Part shown: in pieces, positions 42,688 through 53,832 of the stretch | Position numbering within the stretch: position 1 is the stretch's first letter | How the letters are laid out: every line of letters begins with the position of its first letter | From: an uncultured Chthonomonadaceae bacterium | Lineage (GTDB): Bacteria > Armatimonadota > Chthonomonadetes > Chthonomonadales > Chthonomonadaceae | Reading direction: 5' to 3' | Length of the DNA: 64,000 nucleotides | Assembly: GCA_963817895.1 (NCBI GenBank) | Contig: CAWFQB010000003.1 | Coordinates: 640,001 to 704,000 of the forward strand | Program-made: the position numbers and the translations under genes | Notes under the pieces: generated by a model | Told to the model about the DNA's origin: nothing | Seen by the model: only the letters and a program-made list of their open reading frames with translations | Database searches by the model: none

Positions 42688-42772
42688 GTGTTCGGTGTTC
42701 AGGTATTCGGTGTTCGGTATTTGCGGCAGTCACAACGTAAGTAATGTTCTCCCAAAACCGAATACCGAACAC
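42688..42772. repeat. Inverted tandem 7-8-mer hairpin (GGTGTTC/GAACACC)
   Basis: GGTGTTCGGTGTTCAGGTATTCGGTGTTCGG ... CCGAATACCGAACAC. Confidence 0.75.
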
Positions 42773-42774
42773 GC

Positions 42775-42803
42775 TTGACAAGGCAGGGGCGTGGAAGTAT
42801 ACT
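42775..42803 (+). promoter_or_regulatory. Promoter of prfB
   Basis: TTGACA-N17-TATACT. Confidence 0.75.
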
Positions 42804-42857
42804 GAAATTGGACATATCCGAAGTTCATCGGAGTACCGAAGCGGGAGAAATTTGAAT

Positions 42858-43972
42858 ATGCTCGAAGATGTGAAAGCGCGGGCGCGCGAATTGCGCGGAC
42901 GGCTGGACGAGCTGGGAGGTCATCTTTGACCAGGCCAATCGTCAGCGTGAAATCAACGATTTAGAAACCAGAGCCTCGCAGCCGGATTTGTGGAACGATC
43001 CCGCGCAGGCGCAGGAATTGCTGAAGCAACTGAGCCAGCTAAAAGAAAAACTCGCGCCGTTTCGGGCGGTGCAGGCGCGCGTGGACGATCTGGAAGCCAT
43101 GTGCGAACTGCTGTCCGAAGAGGGCGTTGAGGACGCGGAAACCCTTGCCGAACAGGACCGGGAAGCGGATGCCCTGAAACGGGAACTCGACCAACTGGAA
43201 CTGGAAACCCTGCTCGCCGGCGAACACGACAGCGCAGATGCCATTGTGGAGATCAAGGCGGGGGCGGGCGGCACGGACGCCTGCGACTGGGTCACGATGC
43301 TGCAGCGCATGTACCTGAAGTGGGCGGAACTGCATGGCTTTGCCGTGGACATTCTGGAAGAGAGCGAAGCGGATATTGCCGGATTGACGAATACCACGTT
43401 TATCATTCACGGCAAGAATACGTATGGCTATATGAAGGCCGAGCGCGGGGTGCATCGGCTGGTGCGCATTTCGCCGTTCGACGCGGCCAAACGGCGGCAA
43501 ACGTCCTTTGCCAAAGTGGACGTTCTGCCCGACATCGGCGAAGAGATCAAGGTGGACATCAACCCCGATGATCTGGAAATTGACTATTATCGCGCCAGTG
43601 GCGCGGGCGGGCAGCACGTCAACAAAACCGACTCCGCCGTTCGTATCACGCATATGCCGACGTGGTCTTGTCGTGACGTGCCAGAACGAGCGCTCGCAGC
43701 ACAAGAACAAAGCGTTCGCCATGTCCGTGCTGCAAGCGCGTTTGCTGGAACGCGAACAGCGCGAAAGCGACGAGAAAATGAACGCCATGCGCGGCGAATC
43801 CAAAGCCAACGAATGGGGCAATCAGGACCGCTCGTATGTGTTTCAGCCGTATACAATGGTAAAAGACCACCGCACGGGACAGGAGACCGGCGACGTCATC
43901 GGCGTGATGAACGGCAACATTGATCCGTTCCTGCAAGCCTTTTTGCAATGGCAGCAGGGAAAGGGTGAGTAG
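42858..43972 (+). CDS. prfB: Peptide chain release factor 2 with programmed +1 frameshift
   Basis: Internal SD GGAGGT + CAT CTT TGA C at 42915-42930; SPF and GGQ motifs; a second indel near 43660 is likely an error. Confidence 0.97.
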
Positions 43973-44069
43973 GGAGTAGGAGTTGCGACAAACAAATTGT
44001 CATGTTGCGCAACCTGTATCAAAAAGGTCCTACTGCTCAATTCTACACTATATCTCCCGGAGTGAGAAC

Positions 44070-44744
44070 ATGAACACGCGACAAAACTATAAAACGCGGG
44101 CAGTTGGCGTGGCAATGGCGGCGTTGCTGGCGTTGGGGATGGGAACGGCGCGGGCGCAAGGGTATCGCGCTGATGCCGATTTGACCAACAAAGAGATGGG
44201 CAGCAATCAGGTGTTGCTGGGCAGTCTGGTTGCGGACGCGCTGCGGGCTTCGGCTAAAACCGATGCGGCCTTTGTTTCCGCGTCCGCGTTTACGGACACG
44301 CCTGTTACGGTTTCTCATAACGGCTTTGACCTGCCGGAGATCGTCAAAACGCTGGAATACAAAGGCGACGCGATTGCGATTGTAAAACTGACGGGGCGGC
44401 AAATTCACGACGCGCTGGAACAGAGTTTATACCAGTATCCCACTCGAAACGTCGGCTTTCTCCAAACTTCCGGGCTGACTGTCAGTTTCAATCCCGCCTC
44501 GCCGGGTCTGAAACGGATCGCAAGCATTAAAATCAACGGCAACGCGCTGGACACGGGGAAGACGTACCGGGTCGCCATGCCCGCGCCACTTGCCAACGGC
44601 GCACACGGCTATTTCAAGTTCTGGAAGAAAAGCGACATTGAGAAAACGACGGATGTCACGCTGGAAGCCGCCCTGACCGCGTATCTCAACGACCACAAGA
44701 CTGTTACGAAAGGTGAAGACCGACTTGTTGCCAGCGGCAAATAG
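44070..44744 (+). CDS. Secreted 5'-nucleotidase C-terminal-domain-only protein
   Basis: Signal peptide; LGSLVADAL, LTGRQIHDALE, FLQTSGL and LANGAHGY. Confidence 0.75.
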   Translation: MNTRQNYKTRAVGVAMAALLALGMGTARAQGYRADADLTNKEMGSNQVLLGSLVADALRASAKTDAAFVSASAFTDTPVTVSHNGFDLPEIVKTLEYKGDAIAIVKLTGRQIHDALEQSLYQYPTRNVGFLQTSGLTVSFNPASPGLKRIASIKINGNALDTGKTYRVAMPAPLANGAHGYFKFWKKSDIEKTTDVTLEAALTAYLNDHKTVTKGEDRLVASGK

Positions 44745-44803
44745 GGCGGGGAAACAGGGGAAGCGCGGCACAGTATCGCGCTTTTCCCATCGGCGCAAGC
44801 CCG

Positions 44804-45987
44804 ATGCGCGGCAAGAATTTGCGCCGTGTAATGGGCGTGTTCGCCTGCTTGCTGTGGCCGCTTGGCGGCTGTCAGAATGGAGACGCAACCCCGGTCACAG
44901 CCGCGCATACCGTGACCACCTCGCTGCCGAGTAAACGTACGCCCTGCCGCCGCGCCCAGCATCAAGCGGTACGCACTGACTACAAATGCGTCGGGAACCT
45001 CCTCCGCTTCCGCGTCGTCTGATGGGATAACCAACAAGCCGAAAAAGCGTCCAACCTTTGATGGCGACGCGGCATATACACTGCTGAAAAAGCAGTGCGA
45101 TTTCGGGCCGCGATCCACTGGGCAGCGACGCGCACGAGAAGTGCAAAACGCTGTTGCTGGAAGAGATGAAGAAATACGCGGACGTGACGATTGCCCAAAC
45201 GTTCAACTATCGCGGCCTGCCCGTTACCAATGTAATCGGTGTCATTTATCCCGCCGGGTTAAACGCGCCCGCGCAAAATCCGGTACTGCTGATGACGCAT
45301 TGGGACTCGCGCCCGGTTGCCGACGGCCCCAACTCTTCGGAAGCGTCGAAATCCCCCATTTACCATTATGGGCCGAAGGGCTGGAACCGAACCAATCCTA
45401 TTCCCGCCGCCAATGATGGCGCGTCCGGCGCGGGGGTTCTGCTGCAACTGGCGAAGATGTTCAAGGCAAAGAGGCCTCCCGTCGGCGTTCTGCTGATTCT
45501 TGACGATGGCGAGGATTATGGCGATTTCACGGCGAACAATGGCGAGGGCGAAGGCGTAGAACTCGGTTCGCGCTATTTCGCCAAACATTTTCAGGAAGAC
45601 AAGCGGTTCGGCTATCCCGATTACGGTATCCTGCTGGACATGATCGGCGGCAAAAACCTGCTGCTGCCCCGCGAGGACAACTCCGTGAAAGCCGCGCCGG
45701 GAACCCTGACCAAAATCTACCAGGCGGCGCAATCGCTCGGATACAGCAATGTGTTTCGTTCCGATTTGAGTTTCAATGTCAATGACGACCATATTGCCCT
45801 GATTGCCGCCGGTATCCGCACCGTAGACTTGATTCCATTTTTCGGCAACAGCGCGCCCGCAGGCGTCAGCTATTATCCCTACTGGCACACGCTGCAGGAC
45901 ACGCCCGACAAATGCTCCGCCGCGTCCCTGAAAATCGTCGGGGAAACCGTTGCCGAAGTAATTTACAGCGAAACGGCGTCGCCATAA
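44804..45987 (+). CDS. M28-family peptidase / glutaminyl cyclase-like lipoprotein (frameshifted)
   Basis: Lipobox LGGC; FDGDAAY, HWDSRP, ANDGASG, DGEDYG, LLDMIG, DDH and YWHT. Confidence 0.85.
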
Positions 45988-46079
45988 GTAGGAAGTGGGG
46001 AGTAGGAAAATATGTTCATTAAAAGCATTATTCATGTACACAGAACCTACTCCCTACTACCCACTCCCTACTGCCTACT
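45988..46079. repeat. Inverted tandem heptamer hairpin (AGTAGGR)
   Basis: Starts right after the stop codon; arms 45988-46006 and 46046-46079. Confidence 0.85.
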
Positions 46080-46222
46080 TATGAAACCTTTCACCCTTTG
46101 GATTCGTGGTATGTATAGAGATTGCGGCAATTATGCCACAATTTGTAGAATAGAAGTGGCGAAAAGCGAAAGCAGAACTTGCAAATCGGGCGAATAAGAA
46201 TGGCAGCGGAGGAGCGTAAGAG

Positions 46223-46537
46223 ATGTCCAGGGAGGCAGGGCCGCAGGGACAGGGGCGCGTCAGCACTTTTCACGAATCGGAACTCAAGATTTGTGAACTG
46301 TGCGGCTGGCTGAATTTTGAATCGAATACGGACTGCTTTGTCTGTGGCTGGCATGGGCATTTCGAGCAGAATCCCGAAGTGGTCCGCGCCGCTGTAGAAC
46401 TGGCCGTGCGCCGATACGGGCGTTTGGAACTTCAGCATCTGACCGACCCGCGCACCTACCGCAAACCCGCCCCGCCCACGTTCCGAACCCGCGCCCGCCT
46501 GTGGTTCCGCCGCATCTGGAACTGGCTGCGGGGCTGA
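46223..46537 (+). CDS. Small Zn-ribbon hypothetical protein
   Basis: CELCGWLN..CFVCGW; SD GGAGGAG. Confidence 0.6.
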   Translation: MSREAGPQGQGRVSTFHESELKICELCGWLNFESNTDCFVCGWHGHFEQNPEVVRAAVELAVRRYGRLELQHLTDPRTYRKPAPPTFRTRARLWFRRIWNWLRG

Positions 46538-46543
46538 TAAAAT

Positions 46544-46610
46544 AGGTAGATAGTAGATGGGTAGGTAGGTAGGAACACAGTCTACTTATCTACCCATCTA
46601 CTATCTACCT
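46544..46610. repeat. Inverted tandem heptamer hairpin (GTAGATR)
   Basis: AGGTAGATAGTAGATGGGTAG ... CTACCCATCTACTATCTACCT. Confidence 0.85.
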
Positions 46611-48845
46611 TCACTATGCGTCAGCACCCAGTGCATATCGTCGCGGGCGACTTCATTGATGGCGTGGGTGGATTCGGTATCGAGGCTTAGTGTCTGCTGT
46701 AGCAGGATGAGGTACGTCAGGGCAATGCAGATGGCGGCAGGCAGCAAGACCCGGCGCATCCCGAGGGTTACAGCGGCAAGGACGGGAACACGCCGCCATA
46801 ATGCCCACAGGCATAGCCCCGTCACGAGCATCAGAGGCATGGCGCAGGACAAAAGCGCCACTTGAAACACGCGCCCGTATGAAATGACCGGTTCCATTCC
46901 CATCAGGCTCGTGAGCAGTTGCGCGACGGGATGCAGGCCGCTCAACAGGGGACGCAAAAACCATAATATCGCCAGATAGGGACTTAACAGGAAGAAGAGA
47001 AGCCGCCCCGTTGTACCCCGATGCCACCGTTGCTCCACGCGCCCTGGCTGCCATTCAGATGAAGTGGCTTCCTCTGACAGTTGAAAGTTCCCCTTCCCTT
47101 TTCGCCGCCATTGCCACCATCGGCTCTGAATATTTCCGGCGATAAGGGCAAACAGGCAGCCGCTCCCGATCAGAAACACAATGGCAAGGCGCGAGGAGAG
47201 AAGTCCTGTCAGCAGAAAGAAACCGCTGATAAGAACCATCGCGCTGACAAGAAACCACCCCGTCAAGCGCATTGCGCGTGGCAGGCGCGTTTGCTTTCGC
47301 GCGCTTTTGCGCAGGAGCCACGCCGCCACACCGCTGACCGCCAGCAGCAGCAGTTGCTGAACCAGACACACGCCCGTCATCCACGAACCGAACAGCGCGA
47401 TCAGGGGAATACCGGGGGGAATACCCGGATACGAGGCATCGGCGCGGCGCCCCATCCACCTGCGCCCGCAATTTGCAGCTCTCCTCCACTTCGGTTGTCA
47501 GCAGGGTAATCTCGGATAGTTTGCCGTTTGTTCGCAGAAACTCCAGGTAGCCCTGCGCCTGCTGCTGCCACTGCGCTACGGTGCGGACAGTGGTTTGCCG
47601 GGGCGTAGCGTCGTTGTCGCTGGCGGCAATCAGAGTCAAATCCGTGCCGTAAAGCGCTTCATACGCCCAGGTCGCGGTGTCGCGCAGCAGAGCGCCCAAA
47701 CGCAGCAGATGATGGCGAATCTGCAAAGCCTCGCGCACGTTGCCCCGACCGGCCTCCTGATCGGCATGCCAGCGCGCCATTTCGGTCATGCGCCGCAATT
47801 CGCGCAGGTGTGGAAACGCGATGATGGATAGCGGCCCGATTTTCTGCGTGGCCCCGTGATCGCCATAAGCCAGGGAGTACAACCGCCACTGGCCCAGTAT
47901 CTCCTCGTAAATGTAAGAATCCCACCGTGTTTTCCTGTCACACCGGGCAAGGGCATCCAGCGCCTGCGTATCCCGTCCCGCCGCGAAATAGGTAGCCGCC
48001 AGCATCGCCGGCCAGAACACATTGTCGGGGTCAAGCCGCTCCCCGTTGCTCAACGCCATCCGCATCAGTTTGACATCGGTATAGCGGGCGGGAATAGTTG
48101 AGGAATTTTCGATTTTCGATTTTCGATTTTCGATTGAAGATGCGCTTGTATCTTGTATCTTGTATCTTGTATCTACTGTCTCCTTTTCTCCTTTTCTCCT
48201 TTTCTCCTTTTCTTCCGCCTGTCCTGCCAGTTCCGCGCGCTGGATGCGGACGCGGTCTACCATCATGTAACGGGCGAGATGGGCCTGCGCTCCGGCGGCG
48301 ACGGGGAAATCATGCGCGACGCGGGTGAGGCGAATCAGCGTGTGGTCGGAAGTATCTACTGTGTTGTCGGGATGATCTATTTTGGGCGTGGGCGCGGCGC
48401 GGACGCCGCCCAATTCGACAAAGGCGGTGGCGCGGCCTACTTGCAGCAGATAGTCGTCGGGGAGAGTAGCGGCGGTGGCGTCCAGGCGGGGCGCTTCGCG
48501 CAGAGTGCGTTCCGAATCCAGCGACAGCACCCAGGGCAGGCCGTCCTGCGCAAGGGCAAAGCGCAATTGTGAGCCAAGCGTATAGCGTACCGGCGGCAGC
48601 AGGCACAATCCGATGAGGACGCCAAGAGCCATGCCCACCAGCCAGCCGGAGGGTCTTCGGGCGGCTGTCATGGGAACTTCTGCAGTCGGGGCGTCAACTG
48701 CGGCTCGGACATTCGCGGCGTTATCGTCAAACACCCCGGCTGCGCTTTCGTCGCTCAGGGAAAGCGCGTCATACAGCGCGTTTTCCAGAGCATCGAAAGG
48801 AGCGTCCGGGGTGTTATTCTGATGTGGAGGCACGGAAGCGTTCAC
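46601..48845 (-). CDS. Large membrane protein with TPR-like region (frameshifted), downstream of an ECF/anti-sigma pair
   Basis: ORFs 47055..48845 and 46601..47455 join; LDPDNVFW TPR-like motif; multi-TM C-terminus. Confidence 0.65.
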
Positions 48846-48898
48846 TATTGTCTTTCAGTGTGTTGCGGTTCCTGCCGCCAAGGCGTAGCGGGCGTTGT

Positions 48899-49591
48899 TT
48901 AGCCGAACGCCCGCGCGCTTGGTAACGCGGAACGGTGTAGATGTTCCGATTTGTCAGGAGCCTCCAACTTAGATGGCGGAATTGGCGGCGTCGAACTCGG
49001 AAGCGCGGGAACGGTCCTATCCGGCCTTCTGGTTTTCAGAAGCGGGGGGCCGGGCTGCGGATTGGTCCATAGCAGGGCGGCGCGGGGCGTGGGCGTTTGC
49101 AGCAGAGATTCCATCGGAATGGCCGCGTCCGCGCGTTCCCTCTCCTGCGCCTGTGATTCGATAAACTGCGCGGTTCGGGCGCTTACCGGCGGATGCGAAT
49201 GAAGGGCGGGCAACAGGAAAAGGGAGGTGAGGGCAACGGCGAGTACGGCCCCACTGCCAATCTGCGCCAGAAAACTAAATCGCAGCGCGCGGGTTTGCAG
49301 TTGCATCCGCTTCCATTGCCGAAATAGCCGGCCCGTTTGCGGCACGGAATTCAGCCGGCCCGCCATAACGGTGGCAACCACGCGATTATCAAAGGCAGCA
49401 ACGGATTCAGAGGTGAGCCGGGGCAGATGATGATCGAACGCGGCTTGCAGCGCGTTATCGGCTTCGGCGATTTTGCGGCAGGACGCGCAGCTTACGAGAT
49501 GATCCTGAAGCGTTCCCCACTGGGAAGGAGTGATAGAGCCGTCGGAGCGGCGCGCGAACAGGACGCGCCAGCGCCAGCAACGGTTAAACAT
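48899..49591 (-). CDS. zf-HC2 anti-sigma factor
   Basis: HLVSCASC motif followed by a TM segment; overlaps the sigma stop. Confidence 0.8.
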   Translation of the reverse strand: MFNRCWRWRVLFARRSDGSITPSQWGTLQDHLVSCASCRKIAEADNALQAAFDHHLPRLTSESVAAFDNRVVATVMAGRLNSVPQTGRLFRQWKRMQLQTRALRFSFLAQIGSGAVLAVALTSLFLLPALHSHPPVSARTAQFIESQAQERERADAAIPMESLLQTPTPRAALLWTNPQPGPPLLKTRRPDRTVPALPSSTPPIPPSKLEAPDKSEHLHRSALPSARAFG

Positions 49592-50205
49592 GATTGGCCT
49601 CCTCTTGAATGGCCGCCCAACGTTGTCGAAACTGTTCGCGGGCGGTATTCAGCCGCGACCGAACCGTTCCAACAGGAATATTCAATACGAGCGCGATTTC
49701 GGCGTATTCCAGCCCCTCCATTTCGCGCAAAACCAGCGCGGCCCGCATCGGGGCCGACAGCGAGTTCAGCACCTGCTCCACCACAATCCGCTTTTCCATA
49801 TCGGGATGAGACGACTGCCTGCATGGGCAGTGTTCTCTCTTCCAGCGGCAGTTCGGCGGACATGCACTTACGGCGCATCCGGTCCAGACAGAGATTAACG
49901 ACAATACGATACAGCCAGGCGTAAAATCCCGATTCGCCGCGAAATTGGTCTATTTGCCGAAACGCCTTGACGAACGCTTCCTGGGCAACATCTTCGGCCT
50001 CGCGGGAGTTGTGCAGAACATGGGCGGCAAGGCGTACCACGCGGTCACGGTAGCGATCCAGAATCCAACGAATCGCCCGCTCGTCGCCCAGGGCGCAGCG
50101 GTCCAGCCAGGCGCGCTCTTCCCGGCGGTCACTGTTTTCAACATCCGCCGCGCCCGCGCCCGGAGCCATGATCGATTCCGCTAATTTCCACACGCTGGTA
50201 GCCAT
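49584..50205 (-). CDS. ECF sigma-70 factor (frameshifted)
   Basis: AEDVAQEAFVKAF, FYAWLYRI and LEYAEIALVLNIPVGTVRSRL. Confidence 0.92.
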
Positions 50206-50413
50206 GTATGCCTGATTCTCCTTACTCGTACAGACGCGCTGACGCGCTTGATTAGTTCGCAGCCTCTCGATAGGTCAGGCTGTCACTATTACACAGCGGA
50301 CGCTCCGTTACGTATGCCTGCTGACACGTTATTCGAGAATGTGCAGGAAGATTCCTGCATGGCCTGTGTCTGTGTGTCTATGTATTTGTGTAGATGTGGG
50401 CAGAAGCTCAGTT

Positions 50414-52339
50414 TCAGTTTAGATGTATGCGGCGGTGGAACACATACCACTCTATACACAGCAGCAGCAGGGCGGCAAACACCAGATAGGGGAGCCAGTC
50501 GCGTTTGGTGAGTACCGTATGGGTTGTAGTCGGCGTGGCGTTCTGGAGAATGGTCAGGGTTTTGTGGGGCGTGGTGTCGGACTCGCTTGCGCTGGCAAGG
50601 TTGGCGGCAAACCGGGAGGCCGGAACGTTCGGTCCCTCCACTTTGTACACGCCCGCCTGATCCGTGTTGTCGAACGCGCCCCCGCCCCGTTCGCCCACGA
50701 CAATTTCGCGCTTGCTGCCGTCCGGTTTGGTGACGGTCAGGCGTCCCGCATTGGGCGGCGCGGGAAGCAGCAGCGTTTCGCCCGTCCGTACCTGCCCCCG
50801 TTCGCTATCGTCCCCGCCCGTGCCGAGCCAGCGGACGCTGTTGGAAATAAAGATAGGGAACGGAACCGTGAGCAGGAAATGCACGGACTTTTCCAGCGAA
50901 AAGGCCACAAAGACCGCCCGCATTTTGTTCTTTTCGCCCGCCACAATCAGCGAACCGGATTCGCCAACCGCCAATTCTTTGCCCCACCCAAGCGGCGAGG
51001 CTTTGTACACGCCCAACAGATTCTCGCTGCCGAAGTCCACGTAGCGCAAAACGGGATGGTCGCGCTCCACGTCCGCGAATCCCACCCCGTCCATTTCGCC
51101 CTCGGATTTGGCGGGGGATTGGTCACTGGCGCAGTGCAGAAACAGATAGTTGCCTTCGGGCAGATGGGCCGGCGCGGCCTCGTTGAACACAACCACGTCG
51201 TAGTCTCTGGCGTGGTCGGCAGGGTACGCCCCCGCTTTGCTCAGGGTGACACCCGGATCAACTTTTAGCGCGTTTTCCAGCCACAGGTTTTCCGTTCCCA
51301 CCATCAGGACCTTCAGCAGTTTGCGCGGCTGCAAAATCAGCGACGCCTCGTTGTCTGAGGCCAAATCGTCCTTCACGTCCAGACGGACGCGCATCGCAAC
51401 GGGCCTGTCCGGTTCCTGCACATCGAACGCTTCCGTGTTTTCGCCGTGCGCGGGCAGGGTCAATTCGTGCGCGTCGAACAGGTTGTCCTCAATATAAATC
51501 TCTTCATTGAACTTTTTGGGCGCGTCGGAAAAGTTGCGGGTGACGACGAGCAACTGCACGGACTTTTCCCCGCCGATGTTGCGCCGGAAATCCACTGCCG
51601 TAATGCCGACGTTATCATGCCCCGCGCCAATGGGATGGAACGAAACATGCGTTTTGCCAAGATTGAGGTTTGCCAGCGTGTACTGCGGTTCGCCCCCACT
51701 CCCGGAATTGCCGCCGGTCGCCTCAAAACCGCCATCGGATACCAGTTCAATTTGTCCGGCTTCATTGCTGTTGTGGGCGGCAACCAGTTCCGCGCCGAGA
51801 TTAAGCGCGTCGCGCATATTGGTGGGCGTGTCGTGGGACTGGAGGCTGTCTACCGCGCGGCGCAGTTCCGAACGCTCGTTGGTAAAGCCCGTAATCGCTT
51901 CCGGGCGCGAATACGCGGACACGACCATCATCAGGTCGCCCGCGCCCATGCGATTGATAATCTGCTGCGCTTCCCGTTTCGCCGCTTCCAATCGGGAGGG
52001 CGCGACATCCGAGGCCCGCATGGACGCGCTTGTATCCACAATCAGGACGATGCTGCGCCCCCCGCTGCTCAGGCTGCGGTCGAAGGGACGGGCAAGCGCG
52101 AAAATCAGCAGAGTGGCAAGCAGCAGTTGCAGAAACAGGAGGAGGTTTTTACGGAGTTTTTGAAAGGGCGCGTTGGCCTGCACGTCGCGGATCACCTGCC
52201 GCCATAAATACGTCGAGGAAACAACCACATCCTTGCGCCGCAGTTTCAGGATGTACATCAGGACAATCAGGCCGCAGACAAGCGGCAGCCCAAGTGAAAG
52301 CGCCCAGCCGGCATTGGGATTGAGGAAGAAACGTTCCAT
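50414..52339 (-). CDS. BatA N-terminal + VWA domain membrane protein
   Basis: MYILKLRR..SSTYLW..NLLLFLQLL, DTSASM MIDAS, VSDG and C-terminal TM ending IEW. Confidence 0.88.
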   Translation of the reverse strand: MERFFLNPNAGWALSLGLPLVCGLIVLMYILKLRRKDVVVSSTYLWRQVIRDVQANAPFQKLRKNLLLFLQLLLATLLIFALARPFDRSLSSGGRSIVLIVDTSASMRASDVAPSRLEAAKREAQQIINRMGAGDLMMVVSAYSRPEAITGFTNERSELRRAVDSLQSHDTPTNMRDALNLGAELVAAHNSNEAGQIELVSDGGFEATGGNSGSGGEPQYTLANLNLGKTHVSFHPIGAGHDNVGITAVDFRRNIGGEKSVQLLVVTRNFSDAPKKFNEEIYIEDNLFDAHELTLPAHGENTEAFDVQEPDRPVAMRVRLDVKDDLASDNEASLILQPRKLLKVLMVGTENLWLENALKVDPGVTLSKAGAYPADHARDYDVVVFNEAAPAHLPEGNYLFLHCASDQSPAKSEGEMDGVGFADVERDHPVLRYVDFGSENLLGVYKASPLGWGKELAVGESGSLIVAGEKNKMRAVFVAFSLEKSVHFLLTVPFPIFISNSVRWLGTGGDDSERGQVRTGETLLLPAPPNAGRLTVTKPDGSKREIVVGERGGGAFDNTDQAGVYKVEGPNVPASRFAANLASASESDTTPHKTLTILQNATPTTTHTVLTKRDWLPYLVFAALLLLCIEWYVFHRRIHLN

Positions 52340-52374
52340 CGAGCGTCGCGCTTTCTATATGTCGGACTTATTTT

Positions 52375-52710
52375 CTAGCGGGAATTGTACAGGTTTTGCG
52401 TGATGCCTGTGTCACTCGTTCGGGGAAACCGCGTCTGCTGTTCCAGTTGCGTCATGCGGCGTTCCAGATTGTGCAGGTTGGTGTCGAAACTCAAATCGTA
52501 CTGCATGGTGGTGTCGCGCAGGGTTTTGATTTCCTGACGCACGGCGGCAAATTCGGCGCGAATGTCTTCCGAAATCACCTGTTGCCGGCGCAGGGACATC
52601 TCCTCCATTTTGCGCCGGTGGTGCGTCCAGATCGCCAGCAGAGGAATTGACAGGACACCCATTACCGGGATACCCACCACGATTAACAGCACAATCCACA
52701 CAGGCGGCAT
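52375..52710 (-). CDS. Small single-TM coiled-coil protein (paralog A)
   Basis: IPLLAIWTHHRRKM..LRDTTMQYDLSFD. Confidence 0.75.
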   Translation of the reverse strand: MPPVWIVLLIVVGIPVMGVLSIPLLAIWTHHRRKMEEMSLRRQQVISEDIRAEFAAVRQEIKTLRDTTMQYDLSFDTNLHNLERRMTQLEQQTRFPRTSDTGITQNLYNSR

Positions 52711-52745
52711 GTCTATACTGCCCTTTCTCAGAATGTGGAGAACAT

Positions 52746-53066
52746 TTAGCCACCGTTACGCATATTCAGAACGGCTTCTTCCGGCTTGATTGTGGGGCCG
52801 AAGGAGGAGTTTTGTTCCACGCGGGCGACGCGCTGCTCGACGCGCTGCAAGGCCGCGTCAAAACTCAGGTCGTACTGCATGGAGGTTTCGCGCAGCGCCT
52901 GTATCTCCTGCCGCAACGCTTCGATTTCTGTATTGGAGTTGCCATTCCCCTGCTGTAATTGCAAGCGCAATTGCAGCATTTCGCGCTGATGCTTGGTCCA
53001 CAGGTTCATCAACGGGATGGACATGGGCAGGCCGAAGATACATATAAGGGCGATAATGGGTATCAT
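52746..53066 (-). CDS. Small single-TM coiled-coil protein (paralog B)
   Basis: IPLMNLWTKHQREM..LRETSMQYDLSFD. Confidence 0.75.
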   Translation of the reverse strand: MIPIIALICIFGLPMSIPLMNLWTKHQREMLQLRLQLQQGNGNSNTEIEALRQEIQALRETSMQYDLSFDAALQRVEQRVARVEQNSSFGPTIKPEEAVLNMRNGG

Positions 53067-53075
53067 AGGTTCTTC

Positions 53076-53816
53076 CTAACTCGTTCTTGCCAGCGCATCC
53101 GCCAGCGTTACCGTTCCCGCGTACAACGCCTTGCCGATAATTACGCCGTCTACATTGGGAGCCGACTGCGCTTGCAGCGTGTGCAGCGCGTCTACGTCCG
53201 CAATCGTCGCCACGCCGCCCGAAGCGATCACAGGGATGTTGGGAACCGCCTGCGCCACTTGCGCGAGGGCGGCGAGATTGACGCCCTTTAACATGCCATC
53301 CCGCGCAATATCCGTAAAGATAAACCGCCCCGCGCCCATGCCCGCCAATCGCTGCACAAAAGCGATGGCTGTTTCGCCGCTGTGTTCCTGCCAGCCATAC
53401 ACGGCCACAATACCGTCCCGCGCATCCACCCCGATAGCGATGTTGTTGCCGAACCGCGTCAGCAATTCATTCGTCAATTCCGGGTTCTGCGCCGCTGCCG
53501 TGCCGACAACCGCGCGAGCCACGCCCAGTTCCAGTATCCGCGTTGCGGCTTCCAGACTCCGTATGCCGCCGCCCACCTGCACGGGCAGGCCGGTCGCGTC
53601 CACGATGCCTTTGATAGCGGCAACATTTTCGTCGCTGGATTGCCCGGTTCGCGCGCCGTCCAAATCCACGACATGCAGCCAATGCGCCCCCTGATCCTGC
53701 CACTTCTGCGCCATCGCGACCGGGTCATCCCCATACGTCGTGACCTGCGCGAAATCGCCCTGTATCAGCCGAACGCACTTGCCGCCCTTTAAGTCTATCG
53801 CGGGGTAAATATCCAT
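53076..53816 (-). CDS. hisA: ProFAR isomerase
   Basis: IYPAIDLKGGKCVRL, LHVVDLDGA and TDIARDGML. Confidence 0.96.
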   Translation of the reverse strand: MDIYPAIDLKGGKCVRLIQGDFAQVTTYGDDPVAMAQKWQDQGAHWLHVVDLDGARTGQSSDENVAAIKGIVDATGLPVQVGGGIRSLEAATRILELGVARAVVGTAAAQNPELTNELLTRFGNNIAIGVDARDGIVAVYGWQEHSGETAIAFVQRLAGMGAGRFIFTDIARDGMLKGVNLAALAQVAQAVPNIPVIASGGVATIADVDALHTLQAQSAPNVDGVIIGKALYAGTVTLADALARTS

Positions 53817-53832
53817 CAATTCCTACTACCTA

